The notes under the pieces are model-generated. The model worked only from the letters and a program-made list of their open reading frames with translations, ran no database searches and was not told where the DNA came from. 64,000 bases of DNA from Octopus sinensis (Eukaryota), in assembly GCF_006345805.1 (NCBI RefSeq), contig NC_043016.1, positions 9,300,001-9,364,000 of the forward strand, given 5' to 3'. Position 1 is the stretch's first letter; every line of letters starts with the position of its first letter. Both the position numbers and the translations under genes were made by a program. This document shows, in pieces, positions 1 through 12,394 of this stretch.

Positions 1-864
1 CTTGGGACTTTGGGCAAGTGTCTTCTGCTATAGCCTCGGGCCAACCAAAGCCTTGTGAGTGGATTTGGTAGACAGAAACTGAAAGAAGCCTGTCGTATAT
101 ATATATCTATATGTATATATGTGTTTGTTGTTTGTGTCTGTGTTTGTTCCCCCCAACATTGCTTGACAACTGATGCTGGTGTGCCTACATCCCCGTAACT
201 TAGTGGTTCAGCAAAAAGAGACTGATAGAATAAGTACTAAGCTTACAAAGAATAGTCATGGGGTTGATTTTATTCAACTAAAGGTGGTGCTCCAGCATGA
301 CCGCAGTCAAATGACTGAAACAAGTAAAAGAGTAGTAAAGAGAGTATAGCTATCAATGGTTACAGGTTTCCAACAAGCTAAGTAAAATCACAGTTGTGAC
401 AAATGTCACACAAACGGCACCTGTGCCAGTGGCATGTAAAAGCACCCATTACATTCTCAGAGTGGTTGGCATTAGGAAGGGCATCCAGCTGTAGAAACTA
501 TGTCACATCAGCCTTCTGGCTTGCCAGCCCTGGTCAAACCATCCAACCAATGCCAGCATGGACAACGGATGTTAAAGGACGATGATGATGTTGGTTCACT
601 GTTTTTTTGTTTTTTTTTTGATAGTGAGAGTAACAAGGGAGTATAATGTAACTCAGTGCAGAGGACTTCATACTCTGTAAACGGTTTTTGTTACATACAC
701 TCCCTTGTCACTACTCTTGCCATTAGAAACCGATGATTGGCAGTGAGCCAATGATTAGCTTTCTGGAAACCTGTAGCCAATCACAACACTATGCATAATT
801 ATTGTTTTTAAAATATTTATGCAGGAGAAAATGTGCATATGTATGTGCATGAACATGTGTATCA

Positions 865-1540
865 TCATCATCATCATCATCATCATCGTTTAACGTCCGC
901 TTTCCATGCTAGCATGGGTTGGACGGTTCAACTGGGGTCTGGCAAACCCGAAGGCTGCACCAGGCCAGTCAGATCTGGCAGTGTTTCTACAGCTGGATGC
1001 CCTTCCTAACGCCAACCACTCCGAGAGTGTAGTGGGTGATTTTATGTGCCACCGACACAGGTGTCAGACGAGGCTGGCAGACGGTCACGCTCGAATGGTG
1101 TTTTTTATGTGCCACCGACACAGGTGCCAGACGAGGGTGGCAGACGGCCACGCTCGGATGGTGTTTTTTATGTGCCACCGACACAGGTGCCAGACGAGGC
1201 TGGCAAACGGCTACGATCGGATGGTGTTTGTTACGTGCCCACAGCACGGGGCCAGTCGATGCGGTACTGGCTACGGTCCCGTTCGGATGGTTTTCTTATG
1301 TGCCACCGGCACTGGTACCACAAGGATACAAATTCCATTGATGTTCATCTATTGATTTGATTCGATTTGACTTGACTTTCACTTGCCTCAACAGGTCTTC
1401 ACAAGTATCACAAGCAGGAAGGTATGCACAGGTGGACTGACTACGTCCCAGGTAGTGGCCATGGGTTATGGCTTCACTAGTCTTGCCGGGTCTTCTCACG
1501 CACAGCATACTTCCATAGGTCTCGGTCTCTAGTCATTGTA
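865..1540 (-). mobile_element. 5'-truncated RTE LINE 3' end (family C) with 63-bp tandem repeats
   Basis: Last RTE codons (MTRDRDLWKYAVREKTRQ), 3' UTR with GGTTGGCGTTAGGAAGGGCATCCAGC and a (GAT)n tail. Similar tails at about 403-590, 16305-16972, 18425-19061, 28155-28492, 29955-30176, 49382-49692, 59200-59280 (+) and 19935-20213, 22040-22616, 26745-27005, 33775-33990, 41368-41935, 59466-59634 (-). Confidence 0.85.
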
Positions 1541-1573
1541 TGTATGTCTATATGTGTGTGTGGTAGTAGTAGT

Positions 1574-1605
<32 letters not shown>

Positions 1606-3339
1606 CAGCAGCAGCAGTACTAGTAATAGTAGTAGTAGTAGTTGATTCTTTACAGTTTCCATCTAGCTAGTTGCTCTAACATCCCACAGCCATCACCACC
1701 ATCTCTATCTTCTTTCCAGCTACTCCCACCCACCCTTATATGATGCAGGTTAACCTTGTATCTCCTCTATATTACAAGACACCTGGGTTTGTCATTCCAT
1801 CACATTGTAGCCTCTCAACACCTGACATAGAACCATCACCCCCTCCTCCTCCTCCCCCCTCAAATACTAATCACCACACCCATGTAGTTGAGGAGGCTTT
1901 CTCCTTTGTCACTTACTTTTCTTCTTTTCTTCCTGTCCTTTTCTTGTCTTGCCAGTTACTTGGTGTCATCACTAGTGTCTGTGGAATGGAAAAAAAGGCA
2001 CCCAGCACATTCTGTCAAGTGGTTGGCATTAGGAAAGGCGGCGAGCTGGCAGAAACGTTAGCATACCGGGCGAAATGCTTAGCGGTATTTCGTATGCCGC
2101 TACGTTCTGAGTTCAAATTCTGCCGAGGTCGACTTTGCCTTTCATCCCTTTGGGGTCGATTAAATAAGTACCAGTTACGCACTGGGGTCGATATAATCAA
2201 CTTAATCCCTTTGTCTGTCCTTGTTTGTCCCCTCTGTGTTTAGCCCCTTGTGGGTAGTAAAGAAATAGGTTGGCATTAGGAAAGGCATCCAGTCATAGAA
2301 ACCATGCCAAAACTGACACTAGACTCAATACAGCCCATCAGCTCACTGGATATATCAAATTGCCTAACTCATGCCAGCATAGAAAACAGACATTAAATGA
2401 CAATTTTAACTATGGTTTTCAATTTTGGCACCAGACCAGCAATTTTGGGTGAGGGAGGTATCCAGTGCTCAAAGGTACTTAATTCATCAACCTCACAAAA
2501 GTTTGAAAGACAAAGTTGATCTCAGTGGAATCTGAACCCAGAACTTAGTCACAGACAAAATGCTGCTAAGCATTTTGTGCGATGAGCTAATGATTCTTAT
2601 TTCTTTATTGCCCACAAGGGGCTAAACAAAGAGGGGGCAAACAAAGACAGACAAAGGGATTAAGTCAATTACATCGACCCCAGTGCGTAACTGGTACTTT
2701 ATTTTATCGACCCCCGAAAGGATGAAAGGCAAAGTCAACCTCGGCGGAATCTGAACTCAGAACGTAATGTAGACGAAATACTTATTTTTTTATTGCCCAC
2801 AAGGGGCTAAACACAGAGGGGACAAACAAGGACAGACAAACGGATTAAGTCGATTACATCGACCCCAGTGGGTAACTGGTACTTAATTTATCAACCCCCG
2901 AAAGGATGAAAGGCAAAGTCAACCTCGGCGGAATTTGAACTCAGAACGCAGCAGCGGACGAAATACTGCTAAGCATTTCGCCCGGCGTGCTAATGATTCT
3001 GCCAGCTCGCCGCCTTATGAGCTAATGATTCTGTCAGCTTGGTGCCTCAGTGATGATGATAATAATGATGAAAGTATTGGTTAACGCAAGAAAACACTTG
3101 CTCTGGGAAAGTTTTTTAATTGGAGATTATTTGGGACTTAAGTTCAATAGAACAAATATATTTAACCAATGCAATCTGTTTCTAAATGTCATTGCCAGCT
3201 TAATGTACTGAGAGTGGATTTGTTTTCTTATATATTTTCCCTAATTTGTCGGAAATTATCCACTTTCTAATCTAACAAATAATGGGTTTGTGAGGCAGTA
3301 ATTGTTAATTATTTAAAGTTATGTTGGATATGTCAAGTG

Positions 3340-3359
3340 GGAGTGTGTGTATGTTTGCA

Positions 3360-3391
<32 letters not shown>

Positions 3392-4015
3392 ATTCCTTTT
3401 GTATGCATATGTTTATGTGTGTGTGTGTGTGCGTGTGTCTCCATTTGTACGCATGTGTTTGCGTGTTTGTATGTGTGTGTGTGTCCCATTTGTATGCATA
3501 TGTTTGCATGTGTGTGTGTGTCCTCATTTGTATGCGTGTGTTTGTATATGTGTGTGTCTGTGTTTCTATTTGAATGTGTGTGTGTGTACATTTGTATGAA
3601 TACATTTGTGTGTGTGTGTGTGTGTGTACATGTCCATCTGTATATGTGGTGTATCCCCATTTGTATGCATGTGTTTGTGTGTGTGTGTGATATCCATTGG
3701 TATGCATCTTTGTATGTGCATGTATGTGTATATTTGTATGTACATGTGTGTGTGCGTGTACATGTCCATCTGTATATGTGTGTGTATCCCCATTTGTATG
3801 CATGTGTTTGTGTGTGTGTGTATATCCATTGGTATGCATCTTTGTATGTGCATGTATGTGTATATTTGTATGTACATGTGTGTGTGCGTGTACATGTCCA
3901 TCTGTATATGTGTGTGTATGCATGTGTGTGTGTGTGTGTGTGTGTGTATCCATTGGTATGCATCTTCGTATGTGCATGTATGTGTATATTTGTATGTACA
4001 TGTGTGTGTGTGTGT
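3340..4015. repeat. Complex (TG)/(TGTA) microsatellite with about 130-bp higher-order repeat
   Basis: Block GTACATGTCCATCTGTATATG recurs at about 3626, 3757 and 3889. Confidence 0.85.
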
Positions 4016-4698
4016 AAGTGTCCTTAACTTATATTAATAGTAGTAATTATATATGTTTTATGACTGGCTCACAAACTGTGCTCGTGAGTTTATGTGAAAT
4101 TAACTAGATGGATATAAAATAAACGTTCGCTGTTAACGAGTTTAATAAAGATGTCAGTATCTTTTTAATGATTGATGTACTTGCTAATCAGCCGAGGATA
4201 CGTTGCTCACAAATTGCTCAGACGAGAACAAAAACCTACACACCAGACACGTATATGTAACTGCACATGCATACACACACATGAAAGTTCACACATCAAT
4301 AGATGTGCAAATGCACACATATATATATATATATATATATAGACGAGCAGGCACATATGCACAGATACACATACACACACATACACCACTTTCATCATCA
4401 TCATCATCATCTACACTACCACCACCTCCACTACCACCATCTCAAGCATCCATTTTCCATGCTGGCATGGGTTGGATGGTTTGTTAACATAGAAACTGGA
4501 TTTTAATGATTACACACACACACATATATATCAGAAAGATTCAGTTGAATTAGGTACTTAAGTTGAGGTACCTCGTTAGGTCAGAATAATGTACTCATTA
4601 ATCAATTAAGGGAATTACTAGAAACGGCCATAATGAATTGACATCTGTCTTTTCAATTGTTATTTGTGTGTGTTGTATATATATATATATATATATAT

Positions 4699-5063
4699 AA
4701 CGGGAAGCTTTATGAAAATAAACAAAAGACGAAGGCAGGTGGAAAACAAACGACAATTGTATTAGTATGGCGCTCAGAAATATAAATAAAACAAGTCTTT
4801 AACGTTTCGAGCCTACGCTCTTCAACAGAAAGATACACAGAGAGAGAAAAACACAGAAAGAAGGAGAGTAAAAAATGCGTGCAGTAGCTAACGATCAACA
4901 TGGCGATCTGATTTCGGCCAGAGGTCAAAGATCAAACATGAGACGCGAGAGCGAAATAAGGGGAGATAATAGGGTTGATAAAAGGGTTGAGGGACCAGCT
5001 AAAGTGCGTGGGAGGGGTCTGGATGTGTGTATGTATAGGGTTGGTGTATGTATTAGTATGTAT

Positions 5064-5098
<35 letters not shown>

Positions 5099-6535
5099 AG
5101 AGAGTATTAGTGCTTAAGATTGGTCTGGACGTGCGTATGTATGGGGTTGTGTATGTAATAGTATGTATTAGTATGTATTAGTACGTATTGGTATGTATAG
5201 GTGTGTGTGTGTTGTGTGAGAGAGTATAAGTGCGTATGCGGGGTCTGGACGTGTGTATGTATAGGGTTGGTGTAAGTATTAGTATGTACTAGTATGTATT
5301 AGTACGTATTAGTATGTATTAGTTGATGTGTGTATTAATATGGCACATCATATGTGATGTGATGTGTAAAGTCATGTGGTGTAGTGAGGAGAAGAGGGGG
5401 AGGGGGGCGAAGAGGGGGAGAGAAGGGGAGGGGAAGAAGAGGGGGAGGAGAAGGGGGAAGAGGAGACGATGGGGGAGAAGGAAGGTGAGGAGGGGGATGA
5501 AGGAGGAAAGAGGGAGAGGGGGAGAGAGAGAAGGGGAGAGAGGGAGTGAGGGAGCAGAGGGAAGGGGAAGAGGGGGGAGAAAGAGGGAAGAAGGGAAGGG
5601 AGTAGGGGTGAAAGGATGAAGGACTGAAGAAGTAGGGGTCGGGGGGAGAAAGGATAGGTGAAAGGGGGGAGAGGGGGGTTAGATGAGGAGGGGGGGAGAG
5701 TTGAGACCAAATGGCGTATAAGAGCGAAGAGAGAAGATTAATTCCTGTTCACGGCGCAAACGGGAATCCAGATGGCCTCTGTGTAAGGACAAACCGAACA
5801 CAGATAGGTGTTGCAAGGAGTGACCGGTGGAGCGGAAATGGCGTGAGACCGGTGTGTCGTTCGCAAGGTGGATGTCACGAAGGTGTTCCGCGAACCGGTC
5901 AGCCAAGCGGCGTCCCGTTTGTCCGATGTACAAGGAATTGCAGAGAGAGCAAGAGATGCAATAGATAATATTGCTGGAGGTGCAGGTGAAGGAGTGGATG
6001 ATGGGATAGGGTCGATGGTGGGTGCTAGTGAGGCGGGGGTGGTGTTGGAGAGGTAAGGGCAAGTGCGGCAACGTGGGCGGGAGCAGGGGAACGAGCCGGG
6101 TTGGGAGGTAGGGTCAGGGAAGGAGCTATGGACCAAAAGGTCTCGAAGGTTGTGGGCTCGTTGAAAGAGGGGAGGGGTCGGTTAGGGAAGAGGTGTGAAG
6201 TGGACGGGTCGGACTGGAGATGACGGAAAGCTCGAAGAATGGTGCGTTGGAGACGTAGGGTCGTGGGGTGGTAAGTGAGGGGAAAAGGGAGGCGGGAGAC
6301 TACAGGGCGGGTTCGGGGAGAGAGCAGATACACGGTCCACGGACCGTGCTCTGGCAAGGGCGGTGTGGATAGTGGTGAGGGGGTATCCACGTAGGGTGAA
6401 GTGGTGAGCCATACGTTGAGACTGAGTCTCAAAGTCATGGTCATCACTACAGAGCCTACGTAGACGGAGGAATTGGGAATAGGGGATGGAAAGCTTGGTG
6501 TGTTCTGGGTGGGAGGAAGAGAAGTTGAGGTATGA
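4699..6535 (-). mobile_element. 5'-truncated Penelope-like retroelement (RT C-terminal region, Cys-rich linker, GIY-YIG endonuclease, 3' region)
   Basis: Frameshifted minus-strand ORFs: HSYLNFSSSHPEHTKLSIPYSQFLRLRRLCS (RT thumb region), PCSRPRCRTC, and IYCISCSLCNSLYIGQTGRRLADRFAEH...EQELIFSLRSYTPFGLN (GIY-YIG). Both ends abut (TA)n. Confidence 0.9.
4796..4833 (-). ncRNA. Minimal type I hammerhead ribozyme motif in the PLE 3' region (variant core CUGUUGA)
   Basis: Minus strand TCTTT-CTGTTGA-A-GAGC(GTAG)GCTC-GAA-ACGT-T-AAAGA. Stem I is TCTTT/AAAGA, stem II is GAGC/GCTC, and stem III is palindromic ACGT. Confidence 0.7.
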
Positions 6536-7572
6536 GTGTGAGTCTGTGTGTTTATATATATATATATATAATACAGACACATATATACACATAGACATAC
6601 ACGTTTGCAGTTCAATGAAGTGGAACATGTAACCACATTGTCACAAGCCAAACTTTTCACTTCTTAATATACAGTGTATTGTTAAACTGTTCCAAAGAAG
6701 TTATTTCACATTCTCTTGAAATTTTATAAAATTCTTGTGTGCTAAGAAGCTTGCTTCCCAACCACATAGTTCCACTGCGTGGCACCTTGGGCAAGTGACT
6801 TCTCCTATAAGCCTCAGGCTGACCAAAGCCTTGTGACTGGATTTGGTAGACGGAAACTGAAAGAAGCCTGTCGTACATATACATATATATGTGTGTATCT
6901 ATGTATGTGTGTACATATACATATATAAGTGTGTATCTATGTGTGTGTGTGTGTTTATTGCTCCCACCCCACCCCACCCCCAACGCCGCTTGACAACCAG
7001 TGTTGGTGTGTCTGTGTACTTGGGGCTCGATTTGTTTGACTAAAAAGGCAGTGCTCCAACATGGCCACAGTCAAATGACTGAAACAAGTAAAAGAATAAA
7101 AACAATACAATTTCTCACCTGTAAGAAGGAAAGAGAAATTTAAATGATTTCTTTGGGTCAATGGAATGAAGCTTGTCGTGTCTCCAGGAGATGTGAGCTG
7201 GAGTCCCATGAGCATCCATCAACTTTTTCTATCCAAAAGAGATTTTCAACCCAATATTTACATGCTATTACTTGTAGCTTTATCTGCTTCAAGATGCACC
7301 GTTCCAAAAAGAAGTTTTTTTGCATCCTCAAAAAAAAAAAAGTTTGTAAATTCTTGATGACATTGACAAAATAAAATTCCCCACTTGTAATAATCAAGTT
7401 TCTAAAATGGAAAGGGAAATTCCAATGATCACTTTGGTCCAGTTGTAGAACATCTAACATGTTTGCTGAAGATATGAGTTTGAATCCTACTGGCAGTCTT
7501 CATTTTTTTCTATCCAAAGGCGTTTTTTTAACCCAATATTTTTATACTTTACTTCTTACTTTATCTGCTTAA

Positions 7573-7792
7573 CCCTTTTGTTACTGAATTTATTTTGAGA
7601 TGATCTGTGTTTCTTTCAATTACTTTAAATATAACAAAGAATTTAGTAAAATAACTTAGTTACCATTCAGCTAGTGTTAGGAACATAAATTGTGACTAAG
7701 GTTTGGTGGAAGACTTTAATACAAAACTTATGGAAACAAGACATTTGTACTCAGAGCCAAAGGCAGTTCCAGCCAGATTAGTATCAAAAGGG
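7573..7792. mobile_element. piggyBac-type MITE (family 1)
   Basis: TTAA|CCCTTTTG...CAAAAGGG|TTAA. A near-identical neighbour lies at 7825-8042 and degenerate copies near 53300-53460 and 60355-60676. Confidence 0.75.
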
Positions 7793-7824
7793 TTAAGAAT
7801 CTTTTTCTCTATTATATATTTTAA

Positions 7825-8042
7825 CCCTTTCGTTACTGTATTTATTTTGAGATGATCTGTGTTTCTTTCAATTACTTTAAATATAACAAAGAATTTAGTA
7901 AAATAACTTAGTTATCATTCAGCTAGTTTTAGGAACATAAATTGTGACTAAGGTTTGGTGGAAGATTTTAATTCAAAACTTATGAAAACGAGACATTTGT
8001 ACTCAGAGCCAGAGACAGTTTTAGCCGGGTTGGTAACGAAAG
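7825..8042. mobile_element. piggyBac-type MITE (family 1, adjacent copy)
   Basis: TTAA|CCCTTTCGTTAC...GTAACGAAAG|TTAA. Confidence 0.75.
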
Positions 8043-8498
8043 TTAAACCTTTCCCCAAAAGAATTATATATGAAGTTTATGCTTGTTTTAAATAGATACA
8101 AATGTAACCGTTTCAGTGACAATGCAGGATTTTGCAGCAAGTCAGTTGCCAAGAAAGTACTAACACCCCAAACATTTTCCTTTTACTTTGCATACAAACA
8201 TTTTAATTGGGGTTTTTTTGTCTGTTGTAGAATCTGTGAGTTAAGTGCTTCTTTGGTAAGTGGTTCTGTGTCCATTGGCAATTCTGAGAGGGTGTCATGA
8301 ATAGATAGTAGCTAAGTGATGATTTATGCTTCCCACCTCATTCTTATCTTGTTACATATCCAATGCAGCATTGTTTTGTATGGCTGGGAAGTCCTCGTTT
8401 GTAGTAACTGTAATTTTCATCTCACCTCTGCCCTCTTTAGAATGTCAAAAAAGCATAAAACTGACACGTCAAAAAAATGTCAACACTAATAGTTCTAA

Positions 8499-8553
<55 letters not shown>

Positions 8554-9436
8554 CTCTTCCTCTCCCACTTCCTCCTCTCCCCCTATCTTTTTCTCTCTCT
8601 CACTTTCTCTCTCTCATTTTTTTCTCTCCCTCTCACTTTCTTTCTCTCTCTTTCTGTCTCTTTTGCAATCTTAGATACTTCATTTTATTTGAAGAATTTG
8701 GGATATTAATTCATACTCCAAACTCTTCAATTAACTAGACAGACACAGAAGGAGCGACAGGCACACACACACGCACACACACACGCTCACACACTATTTG
8801 ACCCTTTAGCATTCAGATTACTCTCTCAAATGTAATGTTTATTTATTCACATTGTTTAGAATTAATTGTACATTATCTCATAGCTCCAAGATTTCAATGA
8901 TGTGATTATTTATTTTTAGAATGACATTGTAGGGTAGGCGTGAGAGGCTAAAGCAGGTCAGTTTGAACTTAAAAGAGGTGGGCCATATATGGCTGGTTTA
9001 AACACTAAAGTGCTAAGATATATGTATATATATTTATAAAATTATAATTTAGGGTATCCAAGAGATACCACCACGCTGGAAATAGCAGCCAAATCTTGAC
9101 TCTAAAACCACATTAAATGTTGATACAGCACAAGGAGAGAAGACAAAACTGAAGAGGCAGAGCATCTCTTATACAAAGCCAGAAATCCTGGATCTGGAAT
9201 TATCCAGTAAATTTTTGCTAGTTTATTTTATCCTTTTGTCTTCTCTCCTGGTGCTGCATGAACATGTAATGTGGTTTTAGAGCCAAATTTTGGCTGCTTT
9301 TCCAGCGTGGTAGTATATATTAGATACCCTAAATTATAATTTCAATAATACTATTACCTTTGAAGGTTTTTATTCCCATGCTGACCACTTGATGAGATCG
9401 GTATTTAAATTTACGATCTATCCTTATTTATATAAA

Positions 9437-9480
<44 letters not shown>

Positions 9481-9707
9481 TTATATTTGAGGGAATAAAA
9501 TCTCTACTACCATATATGAATATATATATATATATATACAACACACAACTAATTTTGGTTGTATTTCTCTGCCAATGTATTAAGAGTTGTATAACTGTTG
9601 TATGAAACAATCATTCTATCTGTATGAGAATGTTTTAGTTGATCAGGCTTAATTGTCTCTCTTTGTTAATTAATTATTTAATTTATTTATTCAATTTTAT
9701 TTTGTAG

Positions 9708-9900
9708 AAAGCTGACACTTATCCTTTAGTGGCAAAGAGCTTAAGAGATATTGCTAAACCTGAAAAGAAGGAACATGGACATACTAAAAAAGATGCCAAA
9801 GGCCATTGTTGTGGTATGATGTCTATGACGAAACAGTCTCTTGGGTATCCTGATCTGGACAAATTGATGGCAAAACCAGAACCTCTTCTTTTCACTTTAG
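9708..9900 (+). CDS. AIP: AIP (aryl hydrocarbon receptor-interacting protein) internal exon, FKBP-like domain C-terminal part
   Basis: T-rich tract plus AG at 9706-9707, GT donor at 9901. Reads KADTYPLVAKSLRDIA...GHCCGMM...SLGYPDLDKLMAKPEPLLFTL, matching recalled vertebrate AIP YPLVAKSLRNIA...HCCG...SLGHADLDALQQNPQPLIF. Confidence 0.93.
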
Positions 9901-10167
9901 GTATTTCAAGATGTTTATCATTTTGATTTCTGTATTATTAGCTATTACAGATGTCTTGTAATCTGTGAAGAAGTTATTAAATTACTCATATTAGTAATTA
10001 ATTCAGCGTCTATGATAAAGGAGCTGGAGTTTTATTTGGATTAGTAATTCATGAAAAAAATATCGCTACCTATAACTGTGTTGAAATGTTTAAATGATAA
10101 CACTTCAGTTGTGAGATTGTAACTATATTGAAATGTTTAACCTTTTTACTGCAGAAGTCAGATATAT

Positions 10168-10396
10168 GTTTCTTTATTACCCACAAGGGGCTAAACGTAG
10201 AGGGGACAAACAAGGACAGACAAAAGGATTAAGTCGATTACATCGATCCCAGTGCGTAACTGGTACATAATTTATTGACCCCGAAAGGATGAAAGGCAAA
10301 GTCGACCTCGGCGGAATTTGAACTCAGAACGTAACAGCAAACGAAATACAGCTATGTATTTCGCCCGGCGTGCTAATGATTCTGCCAGCTCACCGC
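10168..10396 (-). mobile_element. SINE family B (GCCTTTCATCCTTTCGGGGTCGAT central domain), representative copy with TSD
   Basis: TSD CTGCAGAAGTCAGATATAT at 10149-10167 and 10397-10415. Other copies at about 2036-2267, 2596-3016, 26220-26451, 30817-31043, 42081-42301, 53866-54527, 61135-61367 and 62625-62929. The central domain resembles the MetaSINE domain from recall (unverified). Confidence 0.85.
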
Positions 10397-10603
10397 CTGC
10401 AGAAGTCAGATATATCCACTCAAAATTTCAGTACCCTTAACTGCAGAAAGCATTTTTTTTTATATCAAGCTATCTTTTGCTGAGCAATGTCATGTTTGAA
10501 CTGATTTTTTGTTGAAATATGTTAAGTTTATTAAAGCAACACAACTTGCAGGAAATAGCAGTTCTATTTTTTGGTAGATGTTTAACATCACTTCAGGAAT
10601 AAA

Positions 10604-11431
10604 TGCGGATCTTTTCAGTCTGAACGGCAGTTTTTTCTAGCGGTGTCATATGAAATTGTCACCCATAATTATGACCCTAGTATCAATCTATTGCATTTCA
10701 ATCTGTTTTAGGGTTAGGGTTATGGGGTGGGGGGAATGGTATCTTTTTTTCTTCACAAATGTAAATAAACCCAATCTGTTTCTTAAACGAGGCACAGAAT
10801 GTTTTCACCTCAATAGACGTCATTGATTGGTTGAAATTGCAGAAATTGAAGAAAAAAAACAACAAATATCTTACAAACTATAGAATTTTCTCAATAAAGC
10901 CAAGAGAAAAAGATGTTTATAAACACACACATTCTACAGTATACGAAGTTTAAAAGTGTTTAGTTATACTCTTTACTCTTTTACTCTTTTACTTGTTTCA
11001 GTCATTTGACTGCGGCCATGCTGGAGCACCACCTTTAATCGAGCAACTCGACACCGGGACTTATTCTTTTGTAAGCCCAGTACTTATTCTATCGGTCTCT
11101 TTTGCCGAACCGCTAAGTAACGGGGACATAAACACACCAGCATCAGTTGTCAAGCAATGCTAGGGGGACAAACAAACACACACACACATATATATACATA
11201 TATACGACGGGCTTCTTTCAGTTTCCGTCTACCAAATCCACTCACAAGGCTTTGGTCGGCCCGACCTATAGTAGAAGACACTTGCCCAAGGTGCCACGCA
11301 GTGGGAATGAACCCGGAACCATATGGTTGGTAAACAAGCTACTTACTACTTACCACACAGCCACTCCTGCGCCTATATGTGGAAATTATTTTAAAAAACT
11401 GCCGTTCAAACTGAAAAGATCCATAAATGCA
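10604..11431. mobile_element. TIR-bounded DNA element carrying a nested SINE
   Basis: GGATCTTTTCAGTCTGAACGGCAGTTTTTT (about 10606-10636) is inverted as AAAAAACTGCCGTTCAAACTGAAAAGATCC (about 11393-11422). A family A SINE lies inside. Confidence 0.6.
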
Positions 11432-11528
11432 ATTTAATTTGTAGTTAAAGAGTTAAAATGATGATATAGTACTCAACTTGTATCATCTTGGTATGATTAT
11501 ACTTAAGCTAAGCCTATGGAATGCTTAA

Positions 11529-11741
11529 CCCTTTAGCATTCAGATTATTCAGTCAAATGTTATTATTTATTCCCATTGCTTTGAATTAGTCATGCATTGT
11601 CTCATAGCCTTGAGATTTTGATGTGATTTTAGAATGACTTTTTAGATTGTAGAATAGGTGTGAGAGGCCTGATCTGGGCAGTTTGTACATAAAACCAGGA
11701 AAATATTAGTGTCTGCTATGGCCAGTTTAAATACTAAATGG
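11529..11741. mobile_element. piggyBac-type MITE (family 2)
   Basis: TTAA|CCCTTTAGCATT...ACTAAATGG|TTAA. Related copies at about 8802-9012, 17040-17258, 56870-57040, 53465-53600 and 58240-58280. Confidence 0.7.
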
Positions 11742-12180
11742 TTAAATATTGACACCTGTAGTAATGGTGGAATGTTTAATTTCTAATTGAGTAGTAGAGG
11801 TGCTGATGTGATGTATGTCAGTGTGTCTTGGTTATTTTAAACTTATCAGAGTTCATCCTCTTCTCCTGGTCTGAACACATTTGATTTCTTTTACTTGACT
11901 GGTTACTTTGCTTATTGACCTTGTTAAGAAGAAAAACAAAGTCTGTTTAGATGTGATTCGAAATCTGAGCTCAGAGGATCTGGAAAGTTTCTGACTTTCT
12001 CATAACTCTGGACACCTAACTGATAAAATTATAAATACGTTTAAGAAGAAATCTGAGCTCAGAGGATCTGGAAAGCTTCTGACTTTCTCATAACTCTGGA
12101 CACCTAAAATTATAAATACGTTGAAATGATGTTTAAGCCTTTTGATGCTTAATCCTCCTGAGACAGCCCTTGTTCTCTGA

Positions 12181-12280
12181 NNNNNNNNNNNNNNNNNNNN
12201 NNNNNNNNNNNNNNNNNNNNNNNNNNNNNNNNNNNNNNNNNNNNNNNNNNNNNNNNNNNNNNNNNNNNNNNNNNNNNNNN
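12181..12280. other. Assembly gap (100 N)
   Basis: N run. Confidence 1.
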
Positions 12281-12394
12281 TCTTTTAATGTAAAGAATTG
12301 AATAAATAGTGCATAGTAGTTTATTATCCCTTGAATAGTTTTTTTTTTTTTTTTCTGCCTTTAATCCTCCAATGCGGAATATAGGCCACTTATA

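Noticed and set aside
3319-4037. Long His/Thr/Val/Cys-rich ORFs, also at 33034-33841, 35841-36336, 43471-44227 and 47889-48188
   Set aside because: Translations of TG/TA/TATG microsatellites, open in several frames on both strands.
7112-7230. Minus-strand exon-like frame KKLMDAHGTPAHISWRHDKLHSIDPKKSFKFLFPSYR with a GTGAG donor
   Set aside because: It overlaps a degenerate repeat duplicated at about 7470-7560, and I recognise no homology.
8231-8255. 25-nt candidate micro-exon (AG...GTAAGT) upstream of the AIP exon
   Set aside because: The translation ICELSASL does not match the expected AIP sequence and splice signals alone are insufficient.
10706-10722. TTAGGG repeats, also near 60672
   Set aside because: Only about two units inside repeats, not a telomeric array.
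11960-12122. About 88-bp tandem duplication
   Set aside because: Lies just before an assembly gap, so it may be a contig-end artefact.
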